DNA of 64,000 nucleotides from positions 8,060,001 through 8,124,000 of the forward strand of contig CM035354.1 of the NCBI GenBank assembly GCA_020137815.1. The letters are read 5' to 3'. This DNA is from Hormiphora californensis. Lineage: Eukaryota; Animalia; Ctenophora. The position numbers and the translations under genes were made by a program. The notes beneath the pieces were generated by a model, which worked only from the letters and a program-made list of their open reading frames with translations, did not search any database and was not told the DNA's origin. Shown piece after piece: positions 1 to 16,900 of the stretch (the stretch's first letter is position 1; each line of letters begins with the position of its first letter).

Positions 1-1606
1 CGGACGGGAGGATGGCTTGGTAAATCTTGTTCAAAGCGAGCCAGAAAACATATATATAGGGGAGATACACTGGAATTAACACTGTCGAATGAGAATAAGA
101 TTCTACAGTTACTTAATTCTTATTTTAGATGGACGGCTATGATTTGCAAAAGGCGTTTTTAGTGTTTCAAGCTGAGTGTAATTGTTGGGAACCAGAGGGC
201 AGGTTAACTAGGTTTAGCTCATAAGAAAGTTGTTCAAGTAATTGGCTAAACCAAAGCTCTCTTTAGGGTAGAGTCTTGCTGTATTAAAATACCCAGAGAT
301 CGACTGATGTGCCTTACAACCACGTTAGATGTCTAAGTTGTCTTACAAGCAACTTGGTATATTAGGTCTCAGGGTATAAAAAGGCAAACATTTGAATGAT
401 TACAAGAAGTTGGGATTTACTGTTTGGGTAGAGGGTAAGCTTATAGACTTAGTTTGCTGATTGTATAATTAGAGGCACGGTGAGTTGGACGGAGTCAAGG
501 GGAATAAATTCATGTATTGATATGTTTGTTTTGTTCAAATCATATGCAGAGCGCATGAAGATTGAAGATTGAGTCTAGCTAGGCAAATACTGAAGGGGTG
601 GGGGAGATGGGGGTGTTTGACCTGTCGGGTTGGTCTTAAAGTTTTTGGCATTGATTGATTTTGAAAATGGTGTATTGTTTCATGGAAAGGGCGGTTTCCG
701 GAGAGGGTGGGAGAAGCCAAAAGAAGAAGTAGGTCTCTCTGAAGAAGCAAGCTCATGAGTAGAAGTACTGGGGCGGGGGAGCAGAATATAAATTGGCACC
801 AGCAAAAGCTTGAGGGGAATTATTTATTTGGGCGGAAAATTTAATGCTATAACATATTGCACTGGGATTTAAAACACGTAGTGATTGATATGCTTAGCCC
901 AGTCCGATAAACACTGGGACGTGGGGCCGACAACAGTTGCAGTTATGTATAAATACATGGGGCATTATGTACGTTAAATTGTTTGTACCAGGGGAGGAGC
1001 TACGAACGGTTCTTTGATATTAACTATCGGCATAAAATTTGGGCATGATCTGTATACTGGGGGATGCAGCGGTTACAAGGGCCAGGGGGGTTGGTATACC
1101 CAATTGGATTGGTTTAGTTAATTAATGCAATTATCTAATGAGCACGTAGATAAATTATAAAGGAACGTGTAGGAATGTTAGTCAATCGCCAGGCTTCTTT
1201 AAGGGTCCTTATTGTCCCTAAATATAAGTAGGCCTAGAGCTGAGACGGTGTATAGTGGTGTTAACACATGTTATGGAAGGGTGCAAATACATTGATGAAG
1301 GTTTAGGAACCTTTATTCGGCCAAGAGGGTGTGGAACGGTCGAACGTTATAACGGGGGGAGGGGGATTTATATAACTATTTCCACCACTAGGATCGGGGA
1401 AGCTGAAGCCAGATGCTGGAGAATGTGTCTGTAATTGAAATGTAGCAGGCTTGTGTACTACAATGTATAACACACATCCGCATTCAGCTTTGAATGCCAT
1501 AAGTAGGGGGAGGGTGTTGAATACACACTGTGCAAGCCAGGGGGCATGTGATGGATAAACGAATGAGTTATAGACGGATACGGAGCGTCAAGCTTCGTAT
1601 ACCTGC

Positions 1607-3216
1607 ATGAAGGTGGGCGGGATTGGGACGGATGGTTTGGGATTTAATTTAAACGTCATCCTCATTAAATTCAAGATGGCACACACACATTACAATATTA
1701 TGGTTGTAACGTGTAGTATAGCAACTACAAAAATGTATTCTTTCAACAATTCACTGCATATGACACATGCGTTTTTAAGTCACACATCTCTGGATTCAAG
1801 GGATTCTAGCACATACGAAAATTCATTAAGTTAAATTCGCATAATTTTTGAGTCTGCAGTAAATTTATTTAGAGGCCTCCAGGGAAGTATCTTTAGGGTT
1901 CTCAGCCTAGATAGTAACGAATCATAGGGCTAGAACGTCGTTAACCTAAAGTATACTTCTCTGATTGACTGATTGTTTCAAAGACCTGAAACAACTTGCT
2001 TGTTATGTCTTTAATTAATACAAGTTTGCACTGGGCGGGACAGTGGGTAAGTACACTTTGGGGGGCACAGGTACCCCACTGTCTTATACATGGACGGTCT
2101 GCAGGGATGCAGAGAAAGCAGGTGGGGAGGCTGGAAACTGGGTGGGATGGTGTGTGCAGTCAATGCGATCAAGGACGGTGGGTTGTATATATTATGCATT
2201 CGTATAACGGGGACGTCGCGTAACACAGTTACACAATGGCAATGTTAAGCTTCCCGGCCTGAAGGGGAGACTGGGGGACCTGATTGGGGTGGGAAGTACA
2301 GCGTATATGAATTATTATCATGCCGTTGTGTTGCATGTCAGGTAGATTCCCCCCCCGAATACAGTTGCAGCGGAACGGAACGTTCACGCGAACGGTTTTG
2401 TTATATGTGCTGGGGTGGGAAGACGACGAGCAATGGTCATCGTCAAATCATAATCAGATACGAGGGGGGATAAACATCTGATGTTACTGAGTTTGTGGAA
2501 AGAAAATTTGTGTGAGTAAAATTTGAGTGGAATGTGTCCTACGGTTGCGAATGTTTATACGAAATAAAGTAAAAGTAAAGTTAAAATTTACATTTGAATG
2601 TGAGTACCAGAAGACAGCATCGGCAACTGAAATTCTTAGCTGTGTGTATTTTTAAATACTGTGTGGTGTTTGTGACTTAGCTGCTCAGGATAGCTTTACC
2701 TGTGTATTGTCGACGCAAGGATAACCTGTTCTAATCGACAGTTGAGATTCAATACGAGCCGCTCGCGGATAATAGGGGTTGGGGGTTTGGTACTATAAAA
2801 CCGTATATGGTTCCTCGCGGGGGAGGAAGAATAGTTAAGTAGAATCGACATGTCCGCATATGCATTAGAGGATTGTCAGGTGTACTGACAGGAGGGCGAC
2901 CTTTGGCTATGCATCACTTTTAATAGACATTGATCAGCATGGAAATGTATATGTCAGGGCGATTAATGTGAATGTCAGGGCGGTATTTGCCACTGGACCG
3001 AGGGATCACATTACCATACAGGCATGTAGTAAGAGTGGAGAGAAACAGGACCAAGTTAAGAAGTTTAGTTGGGCACATGTTACTGAATATGAGGAGGAGG
3101 AGGAGGGTGAGTTTAGTTTTACTATCACTAAAGGCACCAGTGTTAGGAAGATAGTTCTAACATCACAGCATGCATCTTACATGAATCACTGTTTCCAATT
3201 AGTAATAAACACATAA
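1607..3216 (+). pseudogene. SNX27: Sorting nexin 27-like gene (PDZ...FERM-like), heavily frameshifted; probably sequencing error rather than a true pseudogene
   Basis: The 3' ORF 2968-3216 (ITIQACSKSGEKQDQVKKFSWAHVTEYEEEEEGEFSFTITKG..RKIVLTSQHASYMNHCFQLV) resembles the SNX27 FERM F3 C-terminus. Upstream fragments resemble its PDZ domain (GTDGLGFNL at ~1625; AEKAG..GMVCAVNAIK at ~2110-2170) and FERM region (IWFLAGEEE at ~2805). The 5' boundary is uncertain. Confidence 0.55.
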
Positions 3217-3465
3217 AAACACATTATTATATTTTCCAAACAGATTTTTGTTTTCCTCACCAACTTTGTGATGTTTTTGAAATCTCGAGTTTAGATATTG
3301 GCACTACGTTTAGGACTTAGAAAATAGTATTATGATTTGTTGTGATTGTTTTCCAAAACTTTGTGTAATAAGAGTTATCTCTCTCTAACATCCACTGATC
3401 TATGTTGTTTGTTCCTCATGTATAAATCGTATCAATTCATTTTTGCAAACTGCGTTTAGCTCTGA

Positions 3466-4214
3466 ATGTGTACTGAAAAAGAGAGGGTACGAGAGCACAT
3501 ATGGCGGCTCATGGAAGATCAATCCCTTGTCCCATACCCCCTGCCCCCTAAAGGGTCGGATTCCCCAACTTCTACGGCTCCAAAGCAGCTGCATATAAAC
3601 TCTGCTTCCACCCCTGAGTTCAGAAGAGGCTAAAGTTATAAAGATTCATCCTAGTCTGAATGCTGAACCTCTCCGTGCCCTTCGCATTAAAGTTTGGTAA
3701 AACTGTCCTGACTCCTCCACTACCTGGCCATGACTTCCTTTATTTCTCCCTAGACCCCTCTATAATCCCTGTTCGGTCCCACAAATACGCAGCGAGTAAG
3801 AAAGGTTTCAACAAGCTAGGCACACCCCTCCGACCCCTCTCAGCCATCCCTCAAATAGACCTAGTAGTAGTGGCTACTGTTGCTGTCTGTGGTAACACAG
3901 GGGCCAGACTCGGTAAAGGGAAGGGATACGGGGAGGTAGAATATGGTGTAACACGGGATATTGGTAGTGTGACATGTGATACCCCGGTAATGACAATAGT
4001 ACATGATATACAAGTGGTGGGGGAGGGAATGATACCTGACATGGCGACACATGATCTACCTGTTGATGTGATCTGTACCCCAACTAGGATTATACGGACT
4101 AGCGGGTTGTTACAGAAACCAGAGGGGATTGTTTGGGATCTGATCAGTGAACAGATGTATACAGATATTGGTGTGCTGAGGGAGCTGAAGAAGATGAAAG
4201 GAGAGGGAGCTTGA
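3466..4214 (+). CDS. MTHFSD: Methenyltetrahydrofolate synthase domain-containing protein (5-formyl-THF cyclo-ligase family); intronless CDS, no C-terminal RRM
   Basis: MCTEKERVREHIWRLMEDQSLVPYPLPPKGRIPNF is recovered after removing several single-base insertions in ~3545-3682. It continues into IDLVVVATVAV..GARLGKGKGYGEVEY..VHDIQV..HDLPVDVICTPTRII..GIVW. Confidence 0.9.
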
Positions 4215-4406
4215 AATGTGTGGTTTTGTAATAATACAGCTCCTAAGTCCTACCTAATTTCCAGTATTCCCTAACTACCCCATCATAATGCCCATTTGAA
4301 CTACATTAACTATCCCTTGACCCTCTTTCTCAGTCCTCCCCTTCCCTCTCCCAGTCCTCACCCTCCCTCTCTCTCAGTCCTCACCCTCCCTCCCTCTCTC
4401 TCTAGC

Positions 4407-8299
<3,893 letters not shown>

Positions 8300-9584
8300 C
8301 AGAAGGAACTCGTAGCTGCTCTCTCAGGGGGAGTTGTCCGTGTATGTGTTAGCGAGAGGATACAGTGGACTGATGATTTTTGGTTGATTTGGGTTGGGTT
8401 ACAATTGGTCAAATTTCTTTATCATTCTCTCTCTATTTCTGAAATGTTTCTTCAGCACGCTTTGCTATATATCTCTGTGACGACGCGTGTGTGATATAAA
8501 TTCTTGTTTATAGTTGATGAAATTTAATATTTTGTGAGATCCCATCAAATGACTGTTTTATAGATCAAATCTGCAGCTGCTACTGCCACTAACGCGGTCT
8601 TGTACACACCCCCTACACACACTTTTACACTCCTACGTCATACAGCCGTCACGCGCACTCACTCTAACACTGTACAAAGCAGTCAATGTCAGCAGCACTA
8701 CCGCGCGTTCAATGTCCACCAAATTACGTAAGGGTAGCAGCTGCAGAGATCACCAGGTTTGAAGCACAGCTTCCAGGAAATGCTGCTACAGTCAGGCGAT
8801 TCTTTGGAGTAGCCCACTAGCCCGTAATACTGCAGGATGCTAGGACAATACCTACTGTTCCGGGATCAGTACACCTCATGAGATGAGCCTCACGTGAAGT
8901 GCTCATGGAACCTGGATCACATGACGCGCGTTTTGGGGGAAACCAAAACACATGTTTTGATCCAGCGAGTCAGCCGGGTGTTCACGGTGCACAGGGCACA
9001 ATGGACAACAAGCCAGAGCCACCCCTGGAGCGATAGTCAGAGAGAATCTTGTGTGGCTCACAATAGGTGGCTGTGAGCCACACACTGAGTCACACAGTGC
9101 TGCGATGTCCGAGGGTTCGGTGAATCACGGGGTGAATCACGGGGTCATGATACATCAACAAATAGAGACGCAGGCGGATTTTCTACAAAGTAACGTAATC
9201 TCATAAAAACATGTCGAACAACAATTCTACAAAACATCTCTCTCATGATTTTAGGGTCAACATCATTCTCTTAATTCTATACTTAGTATTAAGCAACCAT
9301 TCTCACCTAGGTTCTATACCAACTGACCCTCTGCTGTTTCACCCTCCATAATTCTCATATTTAGTTTCGACAGTCCCACTTTTTATCTCTTGTACACCAA
9401 TTGCAGTTCAATAGAGAGTTAAACCATTCAAATAATTTAGGCGCATAATTGTCCGTGTTTTCTCTCTCTCTCAAAATGTCTTGTCTCACATCACACACGC
9501 TCTACTACATGTTAAACACACACCCCGACACTATAATTAGTTAATTAATTAGTTAATTAATTAAGTTTCAAACACCCTCTCTCC

Positions 9585-11863
9585 TCAGATATCTATGATT
9601 TCGTAAGCCTTCAGTGAGGCCATGACAATGTAGGTGGCCCACAGCACCAGGCAGGTGATGCCGGTGGCAAACTTTCCACATCCACTTCCACCTAACTCTC
9701 CTCCAAGGACCTGGGATAAATACAATTGTTAGGGATGGGGGTCTCTGTGTGGTTACTGCAGGTGTGACATGTGGTTACCAGGGTTTACTGGGAGATGGGT
9801 GTGTTATTGTGGTTACCAAGTTTTACTGGAAGATGGGTGTGTCATGTGGTTACCAGGGTTTACTGGGAGATGGGTGTGTCTGTGGATACCAGGGTTTACT
9901 GGGAGATGGGTGTGTTATTGTGGTTACCAAGTTTTACTGGGAGATGGGTGTGTGTTATTGTGGTTACCAAGTTTTACTGGAAGATGGGTGTGTCATGTGG
10001 TTACCAGGGTTTACTGGGAGATGGGTGTGTCTGTGGATACCAGGGTTTACTGGGAGATGGGTGTGTTATTGTGGTTACCAAGTTTTACTGGGAGATGGGT
10101 GTGTGTTATTGTGGTTACCAGGGTTTACTGGGAGATGGGTGTGTGTTATTGTGGTTCCACACCCTGCTTGTGGCTGCTGCAGTGTACTAACAACACCACC
10201 CTTTATCAAGTCACACAACCCTAATGTGCCTGACTATATTGACACATAGACACAGTGATATGCGACTCAACCTGACCCCTTCTGACTTACGAAGCGCCTG
10301 AAGACCAGTAGGATAATGGCAAATGCAGCGAGGATGACAAAGAGAATAACAGAGAACTGGAGGTTGTATGTTCCAACTTTGAAGGGTCCTGATCCGTCAA
10401 TAGATTTCCAGATGACGGCCAACATCCAGGGGAGGCCGAGTCCCAGGAACACGTTTACAGAGTTACTACCTGTAATAATGGGGGCCGGTTTAGAAACTAT
10501 CGGGATAACAGAGATAATAAAAAGAGTGCTAATCTAATTAACAGATAAATATATGATGTAACACGTACCGGTTACGTTTCCGATGGCAGCATCAGCGGAG
10601 TCATCGTGGATGGCAGCTGACCGAGAGGCGAATGTGTCAGGGAGGGATGTCCCCAGAGCAACTAGAGTGATACCAGATACAGCAGGTCTGATTCCCCACA
10701 CACATCCCAGGAGAGAGGCAACCTGTTCCACAATAGCAGTCAGTACTCCGATATAGAACAGAGAAGCAATGAATGCAGGGTATCCGGAACCACAGAACCT
10801 GGGGGAGAGTTATAAAGGTAGATTGGTATTACTGGTATGTGTGTCCTACTATATGAGATTAGTAATGTATATTAATGTTTATTTGACTATAACGTATACC
10901 TGGGTGGCACGGTTGAGAACAAGACCTTCCAGAAGAGAGATATGAAATGCATGACAAGATCTCCTATACTGGGTTCCTCCTCCTCCCCTTCCTCGTCCAC
11001 CTCTCCACCCATCGTTAGGGCACTGAGGAGTGGGGGCATGTTATTGAAAGCAGCAGTACAGTGCAGAACTATACTAACACAGGAAGTTGTGGGAGAGAGA
11101 CACACAAGAATGGTCTAGTTACCTGGTGAATTGCTCCAAGTATGCCTCCTTCAAAGGTTTATCCTCGTCGTCAAAGTTACCAGCGATCTCTGCAAGAAGA
11201 GCCTCATCTCTACTCTCCCTGCACCCCTCGGTTCGGCAGAGTGTGACGACCATGGCACAATCCTCGCCCAGTGTAGCCCCTAATTTGGGTTTCTGGAGGG
11301 CCACAATCAACGTTGAATGATCCTGAGATAGGGGGATGATGGGTTTAGGGGATACGTCATTGTGGTTTATATTAGGGGATACCTCATACCTCATTACCTC
11401 ACTTTGGTTCTAAAACACATCATAATTGTCAGGGGAGTAAGGAATCAGTGGTGGTACTCACATGAGCAGATTGGTTAACATCCAACTCAATAGTTTTAGA
11501 GGTTTCACCGTGTCTGAACCAGAGGGTACCATCCAGTTTAATGTAGTCACTACCATCATGTTTGTTCTCTCCCCCAATAGCAGTGGCATCACTGAGGGGG
11601 GGGGGTTGTTATAGCAGGGGACGTGATATAGGGTCACAAATAGTAGTCATGAGCGAGAGGGGATAGAAATAATGTTATCACGCATGGGAAACATGACAGG
11701 TCAACAGATTGTCCTTATCACGTTCCAAACGTGAATCACGGTGTACCAATGGTTGTGACTTGCAGCGTTAGAAAACGTCACGTAGTCGTAGAGAGGGGGA
11801 GGGAAAGTCAGCCAGTGCGTGACTTTTAGTGCACGATCTCTAGCTACCATCTTTCATGCTCTA

Positions 11864-11914
<51 letters not shown>

Positions 11915-13936
11915 TTAGCTTAAGCTAGTAAAAGAGTTCCACAGAACGTCGCTTCTTTGCCAAGGCAGAGAAAGAGAGAGGGAGAGAGAAGGAATATAGA
12001 AAGAAGAGAGGCTGCGTGATTCTAAGTGAGCTCCGTGACTCACGCACTGACGTGTGTCCATCTCTCTCTATAATTGTGCTCCCCTTCTTTCTATCTAAAC
12101 AACTACCCTATCTTCAAATTGTCACACACATTTGAAGCTCGTGATTCACGCTCAAACGTGATATAGACAGCTGATATCAGACAATATCATGAAAGTCAGG
12201 CAAGGGAAATCACGTTTGTGCGTGGGTTCTATTTTCCCTAACTATCAATTGAGCCCTCAACTCACATGGTCTTGTAACTGATGGCAACAGCTCCGTCACT
12301 TCCTCCAGTCCTCTTCACATTGATCTCAATGCCACAGGGGTCAGGGTCGCTATGGTAACGTGTCGTCTCCATCGAGAAAGTACCGTGGTCTAGATAGGGG
12401 TACTCTGAGTGGCGGGGGAAATAGGTGGCCGTTACGAACTTGAAAGCACTCTGTGTACGTTACCGAAGGAGAAGCGGCGAGAGGAGATCAGGATGGTTGC
12501 CTGGTATTACTGGATAGTGACACTTGCTAGAACAAACTGCGTTTATATTGCGGTGAGGGAGTAGAGAGAGCGGGGTTGTTAGACTTGGTGTCTGACAATA
12601 TAGAGAGAGCGGGGTTGTTAGACTTGGTGTCTGTAGAGTGATGCTAAGAAGCTGCTGAATGGGAGTTTCATGCGAGACATGTGTTATTTTATTGGTCAAA
12701 CAAAGATTGGCTGCTGCGGTATGGGAGCTGCTGGTTATATCTGCATAACACGTAGTAATTAAGGTGTTTAATGGACAATGCGATATAAAATCAGGAGGGG
12801 CATAAAAATTCCACCAAAAGTGTAACGTAATTAGTTGCCACTTTCATGATCAAATCAAATTAACAAATTTAGGAACTGTAGCTGTTGTGTAAAATTCCCT
12901 GTGTTTCATATATATTGCTCTGATTTTGGGTTGTCATACGGCCATTGCTTACCCTCATTCATGGACCTAGACCAGTGATTTCGACCGGTGTATTTCTTAG
13001 GAGCTCCACGATCTGTGTTAGCAGTGAGTTAGCAACGCAAGGGGGGCTGTTAGTTACCGTAGCAACGGAGAGAGTTACCATAGCAACGTGAATTCCTGCT
13101 TTAGTATCCAGGGGGATGATACTTTAGTGTGCTCTGGGGTCTTTGGAGTGCTTTCAAGTTAGTAACGGATAAAATAAACAATAAATTGTAGACTCTGCTG
13201 CTTCTGAACAGATTGAATGTGTAAAAAAAGCAACAGATTCTGAGATTCACTTCTACTAATAGGTTTTCAGTGATCTGCAGTAATAACAGCTAACATAAGG
13301 GACCAGCTCTAACATGCCATTTGGGCAGCAGAGAGTTGAGAGAGCCGGTACTGTACAGCAGTAAGATATTGGCAGTAATGTTCAGCTCCAATCTTCAGGA
13401 AAAGTTCAGAGCTGAACTTGATGTGTGCTCGTATTAGAAGCATCCGCGAAACTGTCTTTAGTTAGGCGGATGATTTCTTGATAACAAATCCCAGGCTACT
13501 GAACGGAGAGCCCTTGCTGTATCCCTCTGCTGTCTTCTTACTTGACATGTCTAGAATAGTGACAGTACAGATGGATGGATCCCCAAGGTCTGTTTCTTTA
13601 GAGGGAGTCTCCAGTATCACATTGAACTCTTCCTGTAGTGAAGGGTTAGAAATTTAGCTTATTTTATACCCAGAGTCTTAAAAACTCTCCAGCTAGATTT
13701 CATAAATTCATAATACGACTGCATCATAAAGGCCCAACTGTGGGAAGTGGTTTAACAAGGTACTGTACCTGTCGTGAATCCACGTCATGTTGAAGGATGG
13801 GAATTCTGATTTCCTTGACCGTCTCACCTTCCTTAAACTCCTGCAGGGGATAGCACGTGAGAGTTAGCTGCATTCCTTCGTCGCCACACACTCATTAGCA
13901 CGTGTCAGAGAGAGAGAGGGAGATAGAGAGAGAGAG

Positions 13937-13974
<38 letters not shown>

Positions 13975-16900
13975 GGATAGAGAGAGGGAGATAGAGAGAG
14001 GGAGATAGAGGGAGAGAGAGAGGGGGGATTTACTGAGTGGAATAAGCCAGATAGGCAAGATTATAGTCGACGAAGAGACAGAGATACGAGATGAAGTAGC
14101 CAGGAAGAGAGAGAGATACTGCTTAGAAATAGAGATAGAGAGATATAGCTTGGAGACGTGAAGAGAGATACGGGTAGTGCCGTTACACTCCCTCCCTGAT
14201 TTACTATAACTGCTGACGTACTGGGGGAGATGACAGCAAGAGATGATTAGGTGTGAGGACTGGAGAGGGATAGTGTATTATAGAGGGAGAGGGATAGTGT
14301 ATAGAGAGTGTATAGAGAGAGGGATAGTGTATAGAGACGAGGAGGAGAAGGAACCTAAATCCTAATACGTCATGTACTGCTGTCTAGATTTAGCCTATTT
14401 ATATAACTCATGTCAAGTCTGTCTAATTATCTCACTGCTGCACTGTGTTTCACTGTGCTGCCTGTTTAACAGGTGTGGAGGGCCAGTAAAACCACATACA
14501 CACTGTTCACTTATACTGTAGGACACCACACTTGCAACTTACACTCACAACTCACATATCATATTCTAGTAACTACTAACTGTATGTACCAATACATCGA
14601 ACACTGCAACTAACTACCCTCTATACGTACCAGTACACCATTGACGGGTGTGTAGTCCAGGTTCTTCTTGGCGGATCCGTCCCGAGTAGAGAAGTGGCAG
14701 TAGTTAGAGCCTGCGTAGGTGCTACTAAAGTCCTGGGGAGTATCATCCTGGTTTAATGTTAGAATGTGGGATATGTGGTAACAAATAGGGTGGGTACTGG
14801 GAAGTGAGAGAGGGTGTGATAGTATGAGCTGATTCAGTGAGCTGAGGAAGGTACTGTAGGAGATCGTCGAAAAGATGGTTGTTGTGCTCACTAAAAGTGA
14901 CAAGCTGGCATGCCCTGACGGCTGACGTATCGGTATGGGCTGAAGTGTGGTTTGTGTTTGGTATTAACAACATCCACCATGACGTGAAGGGGGTACCGGA
15001 ACTGCTACAGTTGTCTCCCTCTCCCTCACGTCATGGGTAATGATGTGGTGCAACCGGAACCAGTTATATTATCCGGGAGAGGGCTTTATGGCGGGTGAGA
15101 GAGAGAGGGCGAGGGTTGTGACGGCAACTGCCATTATTTGGTGAGGGAGGTATCAAAGAGAGAGTATCCGGGGGGGGGGGGGGGTGAAGAATTACATGCA
15201 ACACAGTAACTGTAACACACACGTGTTACACATGCCACGGTACAGTATGCCAACTTTCAAAGCAACACTTTCCACACTCAGGGGGTAGCAACACCCCCAT
15301 CATGATGTGTTAGTGTTCAGGCAGACATACCACTGTACGGGTACCGGTACAGAACAAGACTGCTGCAGCAGCGCAACAGTTACAGCAACATGACTGACTC
15401 TGCAACCAGAGGCGGAAGTGGCAGAGTTGTACACGGAGGAGGGTCACCATGGCAACCACGAACCTGTATGAGGGAGGTGATGTCTGCATTATCGCTGATC
15501 TCCTCTAGCTGCTCTTCGGCCTTACTGAGGGGAGGGGAGAAGGACACTCAACTAGCGTGCAATATGAATTAATCAGGGAGTCACACGCACGCACACGCAC
15601 ATACATATTTTGAGGGTCGCACACACGGTACCATATCTAGCTGTGTACTAGCAGTGCATTGGGCCATGCCTCACATACCACGGGTATAGCAGGTAAAATT
15701 GGGTAACACGGTTAGCAGGGGATCCTGCAGGAGCAGGGAGGGGACTGAACACATGGGGATTGGGTTATTCTAGGTGCAACTGGGGATTGCAATTGTACGG
15801 ATGTTGGATGCCATGCGCTTTATGCAAGATTTTAACACTGGCCATCATGACTTTGGGGATATGCAGGTGTACATGCAGGTTTGGGAGGGGGTGCTACAAG
15901 CAGGTTTGGGAGGGTATTGGGGGTAACTCTGCTACATGACACAGGCATGCTACACGTGACCTCATATAGCGCCAGCTTGGAGATTGTAATATCAGCTGCG
16001 AGATAGGGCGCAGAGAGGAATAGCGAGAGGAGAGAGAACTTTGAAATACGACCAGTTTATTTTGAGGATAGAAGACTTATGGAGAGGATTCTGGAAGCAT
16101 ATAAAATGAAGCCAAAACATTTAAAACACTTGGGATAGTTTACGCACACGAGCTTTCAGTATTCTAAACGTGACACGTTTTGAAAACGGGAGGACATTGG
16201 AAGGGGAAGACATACAGAGATAGTAAAAACAGGATCAGCTCTCCTGCAGATCCTGGAATAACAATCAAACAGATATTACTATAGTTGGTATTAGTAAGAC
16301 ACTCTGCAAACACACGCACACAGACCTAGTTGCCTCTGGCTGGTCTGCGGAGGAGGCCGGGTCAGGCTGCTGTACGGTTTTCCCTGACAGATATGCTTTC
16401 AGCCGGGTGGAGTCTTCATCGCCGCTATAGCCGTGGGAGGGTGAACCGGCAGTTAGACATGGATATACAACAGAGAGAAGAGGTACTATACTAGTACTGT
16501 ACTAGTAGAGGACTGGACAACGGTTAAAGTAAAGGAAGATGGCGAAAGATACGAGATCACATGTGTTTCAATGCTGTTCAATGGTAAACATGCTGGATAC
16601 AGTTAGAGAGGAATGATTTATAGCGGGCCGATCAGGGGCCGTACAAACAGTAAATGCAACTGCTTCAACGTTTACAGAGTGGACATGGGTCCACAATGCT
16701 ATTACATAGAGAGATGGAGACCAAGATAGAGAGAGAGAAGATAGTCTGTACAAAGCAGATAGGAGTTTAATAGCACTGAAAAGCAGATTAGGAGATCTTC
16801 ATCTCTCTTTAATTGGATGATGGACGAGGGAGGGGATGACTCACGCTTGCTCTTCCTCGGATTTCTTCTTGTATGTTGGATTAGGCTGGTAGGCAACCTC

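Noticed and set aside
9749-10249. Three overlapping repetitive ORFs ([11 protein letters not shown]...)
   Set aside because: Translations of an intronic minisatellite, antisense to NCX.
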